A stretch of 64,000 nucleotides of DNA from Octopus vulgaris (taxonomy: Eukaryota): the NCBI GenBank assembly GCA_951406725.2, contig OX597820.1, positions 123,318,001 through 123,382,000 of the forward strand, in the 5' to 3' direction. A program made the position numbers and the translations under genes. Every line of letters begins with the position of its first letter. Positions within the stretch are counted from its first letter, which is position 1. Below are positions 54,795 through 64,000 of the stretch, one piece after another. The notes beneath the pieces were generated by a model that did not search any database, had not been told where the DNA came from, and was given only the letters and a program-made list of their open reading frames with translations.

Positions 54795-55385
54795 TCTACT
54801 ATATACTATTTTGTAAATTTGTGTGTGTCACGTGCTATAACTGTTTGTCCCACTACTTTTGTAGGGTCTTCCCTGTTACTCTCATATATTGTGAGATTTT
54901 GAAATTACGACAACATTTCAAATTTGGTATATTGAAATAATTTTCCGCGTTAAAACCATTTTTGTGATTTATTTGTTCCAGAAAAATTGCGGAAAACTGG
55001 ATTTGGAAGCTGGCATTTTCTACATGATAGCTGCATGACAGCAGGCATTTTCTTCATGATGGCTGTTTATCACAAAATAAAAAAAAAATCATTAGGAGGA
55101 GGAATTTTTATTAAACAATCGAAACCAAGGCATTACGACGACGAAAGTTGGAACAATTTCTGAAGTTGTAATGAATAAAGTCATGTGAAACGGTCAAACA
55201 GATATATAAATATTTTAAAAAGCATAAAAACACTAAACGAAGTTTTTTTGGGGAAAATTGCACAAATCTGTCCTGATCAAGAGGCCTATCTGTCAGGGAA
55301 GGCATGGTCTGACATGGAATAAACAAAAATTGATATGAGAAATTCTATTGTAAGTATTGCCTGGCAACGACGGGCTATTCAGCTA

Positions 55386-55386
<1 letters not shown>
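54795..55386 (+). mobile_element. Non-autonomous Helitron
   Basis: 5' TCTACTATATA; 3' GCCTGGCAACGACGGGC hairpin + CTAG|T. Confidence 0.7.
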
Positions 55387-55421
<35 letters not shown>

Positions 55422-55426
<5 letters not shown>

Positions 55427-55516
55427 ATATAAAATAGGTTAATTTAAACACAAAGAAAACTACCTATAACAGGTAATTACACGTAGCAGTATCGACCAAA
55501 ACCACATTTAATATAT

Positions 55517-55562
<46 letters not shown>

Positions 55563-55990
55563 ACACATTCTCAATATAAAATAGAGTTTCTTTTAAACAC
55601 AAAAGAAAACTACCTTTAACAGGTATTTTTACACGCTAGAAGAAGCAGTCAAATCGACAAAATCACATTTAATAGTAATTTTTGAAGGGAAATTATTTTA
55701 TTTGCTAAAGAAATTTGAAACCTAAACTTGATGTAGGATCAATGTTGCGTCTGAGGCCGTGTGGAAAGACGAATGGCGGCACAGCTCAGAGATTTAATAT
55801 AACTTATCTCTCTCCTTTAGAAGATCAGCGACAGTGTGTCGCTAGAAAAAGGATACATCATTTTGTGATTAACACACACTGAAGACGGGTAACCACTCAG
55901 AAACTCGGGTCTGCGTATATCACGTAAGGCTAGAGATGAAAGCGATGACCTCCCTCGCAAATACTAATCGGACACAGACTGCGTGTCGTT
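55422..55990 (+). mobile_element. PLE-like terminal fragment in (AT)n with duplicated start and a hammerhead motif (55874-55916)
   Basis: 55422-55512 is similar to 55558-55672; acaca CTGAAGA C GGGT-aacc-ACTC A GAAAC tcgg GTC tgcgt. Confidence 0.55.
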
Positions 55991-56431
55991 GACCAGCTGG
56001 AAAAGATGTCTTTCTGGGGCTAAAAACAATCGTAGTACCGCACTCTATAGTACCGCCACATTTAATTGGCAAAGTTTTTATGACGATTCCGTACTGTTAA
56101 GTTTATCTCTCTCTTATATATATATTTATTTATCACCCGACGAGATACATCTGCACCACCGGATGCCCCTGAACCAGTTGTTGAGTGTGACGCCCAAGAG
56201 GAATCGATGCAAGATACATCGAAACAATTGTCGTGATTAATGATAAATTCTCGCATATTCCATCTTCTGTCTTTCATTTGCTACACACACACACACACAC
56301 ACACGCACACACATATATATAGCTAGTAAACCCATTGAGAAGTTGACAGGTATCTGATGAATGATACTCAAAAGAATCGATTTATAAGAGATAATTGACA
56401 AAATTGAGGAATTATTCATAAGTATATGAAC

Positions 56432-56462
<31 letters not shown>

Positions 56463-56584
56463 AACATATATATATATGTATATATATATAAACATATATA
56501 TATGTTACACATACGTATATATATGTTTATATATATACATACACACACTCATATATATGTGTATATGTATATACATACTTACAT

Positions 56585-56631
<47 letters not shown>

Positions 56632-56803
56632 AGAGAGAGAGAGGGGAATAGAGAGAGGAAGATAAACAGATAACAGATATGGCAAATATGCCCTCATACG
56701 TAAAAGTACACGAATATATGACGAGAACATAATTGATAACAGTAGATTGACATCAATTCATTCAACAATGTTCTTCATCGAAATTGCTTTTTTCTTTATT
56801 CAG

Positions 56804-56888
<85 letters not shown>

Positions 56889-57041
56889 GCACACATACAC
56901 ACACACACATATATATGTTAAGAGACGTTATACTTGTACAGTATGAATGAAGCTGTGAACAATCAAGAGTAAGTTCTTCTTATTCCAATTAAACGTAAAA
57001 AATTCTGCACCACTGACAGCCTCTTGCACTCTGTGTTTGTG

Positions 57042-57247
<206 letters not shown>

Positions 57248-57304
57248 GAATATATATATACATATCTATATATGTATATATTACATGCATACATTCATAG
57301 AGTA

Positions 57305-57650
57305 GATATGTTCCGGGTTCAGTCCCACAGCGTGGCACCTTGGGCGAGTGTCTTCTATTATAGCCTCGGGCCGATCAAAACCTTGTGAATGGATTTGGTT
57401 AATGGAAACTGAAAGAAGCCCGTTGTGTATATGTATATGTGTGTGTGTTTGTGTGTCTGTGTTTGTCCCCTCCCCCCATCGCTTGACAACAGACGCTGGT
57501 GTGTTTATGTCCACGTAACTTAGCGGTTCGGCAAAAGAGACCGATAGAATATGTACTAGGCTTACAAAGAATAAGTCCTGGTGTCGATTTGCTCGATTAA
57601 AAGTCGGTGCTCCAGCATGGCTACAGTCAAATGACTGAAACAAGTAAACG
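57305..57650 (+). mobile_element. SINE family C, near full length
   Basis: TTCCGGGTTCAGTCCC..GCCTCGGGCCGATC..GGTGCTCCAGCATGG..GACTGAAACAAGTAAA. Confidence 0.85.
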
Positions 57651-57662
57651 AGGAAATAGATA

Positions 57663-57727
<65 letters not shown>

Positions 57728-57742
57728 GTCTATCTGTCTATC

Positions 57743-57773
<31 letters not shown>

Positions 57774-58408
57774 CTATATGTATATATCATATAGATCATA
57801 AAATACGTATGCGCACGCACTATAGAAAAATATATGTATATATTATGTAACGGCATAGAAAATGCGAATATCATTCTATTTTATTTCATTTTGAAATGTT
57901 ATATTCCATACATGAGTCTTTTTCAGTTCAGCTGGATCACTTAAATTCCTAAATCCATTATCATCATTTCTAGACTGTCAAAGTCTCATGTTGAATATGT
58001 GTAGTTTTATTAGGAGGCAAATTTTATTTACGTAGAGTTTTGGCCAAACAGATTTGCTTGAAATTAATCACCGAAATTTGAAATTTGACCTGTTACACGT
58101 GAATTTTGTATATGACGTGTATATGACGTACGTGTAAATATTATAGCCTTCTGTTAATACCTTCTTTCGTACCTGGTACTGACGGGAAGATAACTACTCG
58201 GAAATGCATGCGTCCACAAGTCCAGTTTACACTTTGAACTGACCAATTTGCCTTTATATCTGTTGGTCTCTTCTGCACGACAAATTGCAGTGAAAAGCCT
58301 TTACAGGTGTTCAGATATCTCAAACATAGCAAGTTTATTTTGCTCTCAGTCACTGCTTAGCGCATCTACTCATGAAAGTGTAAATAATCTCGGTCAATAA
58401 TGTTTACA

Positions 58409-58910
58409 TCTATATATATATAAAACTCAACTTGTGTGTCTGTGTGTGTATCTGTGTGTTTAACTTCCCGGCACATCTCCTCCTAGCCAACAAATCATAG
58501 AACCACCAAAAATGGGTCACTTAAAGTTTAGGCGAATGAAAATTGAACTGCGCTATTTCTGTTCCGAAATTCATCTCGCAAGTGCAAAAATCGATAATGT
58601 GTTTGTTTAGGCCTTATCCCATGCATTGAATAGTGAACTTTACTCGGTCAGCTGTTTGACATGAACTGTGTTCAACACGAGTGCAAGCATGCGCAAATTG
58701 CATGAAAAATAAAAAAAAATCAAGATATAAAAACGAATTGCCGTAAACATTGTAGAAATTCGGCAAAGAAATGAATTTCCGGGTTGTAACCTGGAAGGTT
58801 TTTCCGTATTAATCGTTTGGAATTTGTGAACACATACCAATTGTTTTCATAACATCTATAACGCTTTGAATTAAATGTGACCATGTTGCAAAGCCGGGCA
58901 ATACTGCTAG
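58409..58910 (+). mobile_element. Non-autonomous Helitron
   Basis: A|TCTATATATATATAAAA 5' end; 3' GCAAAGCCGGGCAATACTGCTAG|T. Confidence 0.75.
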
Positions 58911-59017
58911 TACATCATATTCGTTTCCCATTACCATTAATGTGAGTTATATATTCCAATAACACGTCATATCCTGGAGATAAAGCTGTAGGCGTCAAGA
59001 AACATTGGTGATATACT

Positions 59018-59099
59018 GAGTCCTGCAATTCGCATTAGTTCACGCGGACAGCCGCGCTCTTCATCGACGGACGAACCGAGTGATCCCCCGTCCAGGGTT
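59018..59099 (-). pseudogene. 5.8S rRNA 5' fragment (orphan rDNA) with upstream GC-rich ITS1-like sequence
   Basis: GGATCACTCGGTTCGTCCGTCGATGAAGAGCGCGGC..GCGTGAACTAATGCGAATTGCAGGAC: hallmark 5.8S motifs; truncated. Confidence 0.85.
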
Positions 59100-59269
59100 T
59101 CGGTATTTGCTACTACTACTACTACACGTACTGAAGGAAAGCAGCGGTGCGAGGCCACCGTGCGACGGAAAAAAAAATTAGGAGGCGTCGACAGCGGAAC
59201 AAAGCGCCATGTATGTTTTCCCAAATGTACTGCATGGGATGCATACAAAAATATGGAAGCAAATCTTCA

Positions 59270-59695
59270 TTTTTTCTTGTCTTAGTCACTGGATTGCAGC
59301 CATGCTGAAGAAGCCCTACCTTGATGTATTTTAGTCGAACAAATCGATCCTAGATCACATTTTTTAAAGCCTGGTACTAATTATATCGCTCTCTTTTGCC
59401 CAACCGCTAGATTAGAGGGATGTAATCAGGTAAACACTATTTGGCTAGCAGTGATGGACGAACACAAACACAAATGCACACACACATAGATACGCACACA
59501 CACAGATACACACATGCGCGCACACGCACACAGCGTGCCCCTCCACCCACCACAGACACACATATACGATGGGTTTCTCTCAGTTTCCGTTTACCAAATA
59601 CACTCATATGGCCTTCGCCGGCCTGAGGCTGTAGTAGGCGACAGCTCCTCAAAATGCTACACAGTAAGACTAAACTTAGGACTACGAGGTTGGGA
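59270..59695 (-). mobile_element. SINE family C, diverged
   Basis: Reverse complement of the 57305-57650 family. Confidence 0.7.
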
Positions 59696-59845
59696 ATGAA
59701 ATAAATACATAAATAAAATTATTATAACTAAAACATAATCGTATTTTGAATACATGTTTGAATAAAAGCCGCATGCGCCGAACTTAATAGGGGAGCATTT
59801 TTATCCAATGAAATTACAACGATTCAATCAGGAGCACAATCATAT

Positions 59846-60075
59846 ATTTCTTTACTACCCACAAGGGGCTAAACACAGAGGGGACAAATAAGGACAGACA
59901 AAAGGATTAAGTTGATTACATAGACCCCAGTGTGTAACTGGTACTTAATTTATCGACCCCCGAAAGGATGAAAGGAAAAGTCGACCTTGGCGGAATTTGA
60001 ACTCAGAACGTAACGGCAAACGAAATACGGCTACGCATTTCGCCAGGCGTGCTAACGATTCTGCCAGCTCGCCGC
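59846..60075 (-). mobile_element. SINE family A, full length
   Basis: Close match to 3656-3883 and 38717-38941. Confidence 0.85.
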
Positions 60076-61382
60076 CCTGCAAAACATACACAGTCATACA
60101 TGGGTACGCATACACATACTCGCATACACAGATACGTACATACATACGCACATACATACACACACACATACATTAACACATACATAAACACATTCACTGA
60201 CATTATCAACGTCGCAATAATAATTTATGTTTACGCATTTCGACGGATAGAAATATCGAAGCCGAAAAAAATTTTTAAAAAAATAGGTAACATTAAGGTT
60301 TAATATCTAACGGAAATCATTGTTTTGTTTTGTCCCTTGTCAGCCCTAACCGCAAAGAATCCTTAACACAGAGCAAGATGCACATAAACGCAAGAAAACT
60401 ACATTATTTTAATATTCGTAATAAGCGATTCAGATCTCGCAAACACAGTGACAGACGATGATTCAATTATGAATATAATGTATGTAGAAGACTGATACAA
60501 AAACAATGACACATCATCTACAAATATGCAAATAAAATGTGGCGTACGTAAAAACCTACGTCATGTTACATACAAGCAAACACAGACATTAACATACATT
60601 AACATACATTAAAAATACTTCAATAACATTTTATCAACAATATATACAAATATAGACAGCGACCTATGCAAACACACGCGTTCTCTTACACACACAAACA
60701 ACTACACAAGCAACACAAACAACTACATGAGAAATATTTCAGTCACAATTCGTTCATTTTACACAACCACACATAAACACGCGAATATATATACAATTTA
60801 ACGATGTTTATTATACTAGATATAATATTGATAGATATAAATTTGTTTAATATAGCGGCGACGGTGGAAGTGTAACGTCGACGACTAAAACATTGTAAAT
60901 AAGGTATTCTATACTTGAAAATTCGTCATGCAAGAAATAACAGCCAAATGTCCTCAAATTTCATTCCACCGTCTGTAATTGTTTTGCAACATCTGCTGTC
61001 AACACCCGCTTAGTGGTAGACTAGGCATGCCATTGTGCATCAATCTATGTAAAGAAAAAGTCCACCATTTGCAGAGGCGATTCGAAGATCAATTAGCTGC
61101 TCTCTTCCGGAGAACTTTCAATTCGAAGGAATTTCTGAGCAGAATGCCAAATTCAGACATGGAAAGTGGTGACAACCGAGCATCTGATATTAAGTGTTGA
61201 TTTTCTTTATCTTTTTACATATAGGTTTGTATTATATAATGTGTCCTTCCTTTTTCATGATGGCAGGTGGGATGGAGCTGAAAAAAAGAAAAATTTTCTC
61301 TTTGGTCATACATGGTGCTTTCATTGACTCATCATATTCTACAGACAAGCAAACTCTTGTCACTACTCAAACACTTTTATGC

Positions 61383-61430
<48 letters not shown>

Positions 61431-61642
61431 ATTTGTACACACACACACATTCATGGATAAATAGATGTAGATATATAGATATACATATGCATATGTAAAA
61501 CATGTATTTATACACACATATGATCATCATGATCACCATGATAATCACGATCTTCATAATCATTTCGATCATCATGCTCTCTCTCCCTCCCTCACACTGT
61601 CTGTCTGTCTACCTCTATCTCTCCCTGTTTTCTCTTTATACG

Positions 61643-61685
<43 letters not shown>

Positions 61686-63466
61686 TGTATGTCATTATTC
61701 GGTCTTATTTCAAGATTTCTTGCTAATAGAGAGAGAGAGAGAGAGAGCCGGTTTCTAACCTAGATCTAAGGTTAGTTACATCCCATGTATGTATGTATGT
61801 ATGTATGTATGTATGTATGTATGTATGTATGTATGTATGTATGTATGTGTAGCGGTAGCTAAGTAGTTGAATGATCTCCCTGGCAAGAAAGATTATAGAG
61901 TAACCGCCCTTTATTAAGTTTCTCATTATCATCCTCGCACCAGCTCATCTTTTGCCACTACAAGTTTATCGCTAACTTTCAGCGTTACAGCTTTTGTCAT
62001 TTGTCATTTTCGTCTGATATGAAGTTGCAAGACTTAATTTCTTGGCGTACTAAACTTTTTCAGAAGAATTTTCCTGCATGTACTTTGACAATGCCTTGAA
62101 CTACTGTTTTCACCTAGAGTATGCATGCGCTATAGATACATCATGTATATACATAACTTACGCCTGTAGTTGGAAAAAGAGAAAGGAAAAAAGGCACCTA
62201 CCACAACAGATTCTGTGGACTTTCTAAAAACTTGCATGACTTGAACTAAATTGAACACTTGCACATAGACTGGAACATTCCCTTAGCTTGCGCCTAGATG
62301 GGCATTTCTGTTGCTTACCTTTCCATGTTATATTGTCATTCCTTTGCATTTGTTCAGTTTTGTATATCACTTAAGTTTTAATTTTCAGGACATTTATTCA
62401 CGTACATATATATTTTTACGAATATTCTGTATATTTGTAAAACTGTTGCAGCGTTCGCACACATGCTTGAATGCCCTCACCCAGTTATACATATGCACTA
62501 TATACCAAAGTTTTGGGTTGCTTTCTCATGCTCACCGCGCCCTTGTAAGACACAACTTAACCCTATTAGACCCCTGGATGGTCACGCTATAAAGAGAAAG
62601 TTGCTCTTTTCTTGCAACGCGCTAGCATATCACTGTCGGTTTTTGCCACTCGTGTGCACACACACTCTGCCTTGGTAACTCTCTGACTGGCCTTTTCTGC
62701 ATTCTGTGCACGCAAAACGACACTGCTATTCGAGCTCTCTGTATATTTCCTCGGATTCTGTTTCCCGAGATGCAAAATGTTCTCTACCTCTATATTGCAT
62801 GCACACACACACATGTTACAGAAATTTGAACGTTGAGTTTTCACTTTGGACCCGAAAATATTGCATTTGATCCATTCTGTTTTCATCAATTTTTGATATT
62901 TTATGATGTATACATTTTTGTTATTTTCGTTATTGTCTACCGTGACCTCTGCCTAGCGTATTTTTTCTCTCTTTATTTAAAATTTTGCCGACAGAATTTT
63001 GATTATAGAGTAACCACCTTTTACTAAGTTTCTCGAAGCATCGGTGTCATGAGACGTGATTCTTACTTATTCAAGAAGCTTAGCGTTTCTCTTGGAAGTT
63101 TCTAGAATGTCTAGCGTTCCATTCATAAAAACAACTTGCTAACCCTGCTCTTCGCTTCTTAATCGATTAGAATTCGAACCATTCACGTCATTGCTATGAC
63201 TGTCTATTTCTCTAGGCCACATGACTGAAAGCCACCACTTAGCTGTTATTTCTATATTTCCTATCTCTGAACTTTCTTCCATAGATTACTTCATTCAACT
63301 AGATTCTATATTTTGATCACGTATCATCATCGACCAGTAAATAAAATATATTTTTATGTAGTAAATATATAAGTTCTTGAATTTATTCTTCATCACTATA
63401 TGAACACTTGTAATAATATACACGCAGCCATATCAACACATGGTACTGAATGTACGTCTATGTATG

Positions 63467-63498
<32 letters not shown>

Positions 63499-63735
63499 TG
63501 TATGTATGTATGTATGTATGTATGTATTTATGCATGTATGAATCTATCTATCTATCTACACACACACACGTATGTACTGAGCTGCATTTGTGTACCAAAT
63601 GACGACGACGAACAACAATAACAGCGTCACATCCTGGGCGGTGTTCCTCAGGGAATAACATTCTTGTGACTACATAGGCAAACTAACCGTGATAAATGCA
63701 GAACTCTAAAGCGGCGAGCAGGCAGAATCTTCAGC

Positions 63736-63895
63736 ACGTCAGGTGAAATTCAGAGCAGCATTTTGACCATCTTTACGTCAGGTGAAATTCAGAGCAGCAT
63801 TTTGACCATCTTTACGTCAGGTGAAATTCAGAGCAGCATTTTGACCATCTTTACGTCAGGTGAAATTCAGAGCAGCATTTTGACCATCTTTACGT
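63736..63895 (+). repeat. Four perfect tandem copies of a 39-bp unit inside a SINE A head
   Basis: ACGTCAGGTGAAATTCAGAGCAGCATTTTGACCATCTTT at 63736, 63775, 63814 and 63853. Confidence 0.95.
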
Positions 63896-64000
63896 TTTGA
63901 GTTCAAAGTAGTTTGGAACAACTGAATCTTAGTCAGTCAGTTGATGAGCTCTACATTTTACCCAGACACATATATATATATATATATATATATACAAACA

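Noticed and set aside
63736-63895. CRISPR-like 39-bp repeats
   Set aside because: Head-to-tail with no spacers, eukaryotic context, no cas genes

Overview
AT-rich, repeat-dominated eukaryotic intergenic or intronic DNA. The SINE families, the dense (AT)n/(ACAT)n/(CTAT)n/(AAT)n microsatellites and the transposon content resemble Octopus (inferred from recalled repeat families, not from a search). I found no credible host protein-coding exon; nearly all track ORFs are translated microsatellites. Recognisable content: decayed mariner/Tc1 transposases, several restriction-like-endonuclease (R4/Dong, Hero) LINE pieces, an L1/Tx1 RT, a truncated Ty3/Gypsy element, Penelope-like (PLE) remnants, four non-autonomous Helitrons, two MITEs with perfect 8-bp TSDs, many tRNA-derived SINEs, one near-canonical tRNA-His(GTG) gene and an orphan 5.8S rRNA fragment. 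The most interesting signal is about a dozen minimal type-I hammerhead-ribozyme-like motifs. Some lie in a retrozyme-like tandem array, some in inverted repeats including a 1.4-kb near-perfect palindrome, and two show compensatory swaps of the core 3:8 pair (G3-C8 and U3-A8). The last ~3 kb is a patchwork copy of 29.6-32.2 kb and may be an assembly or consensus artefact.
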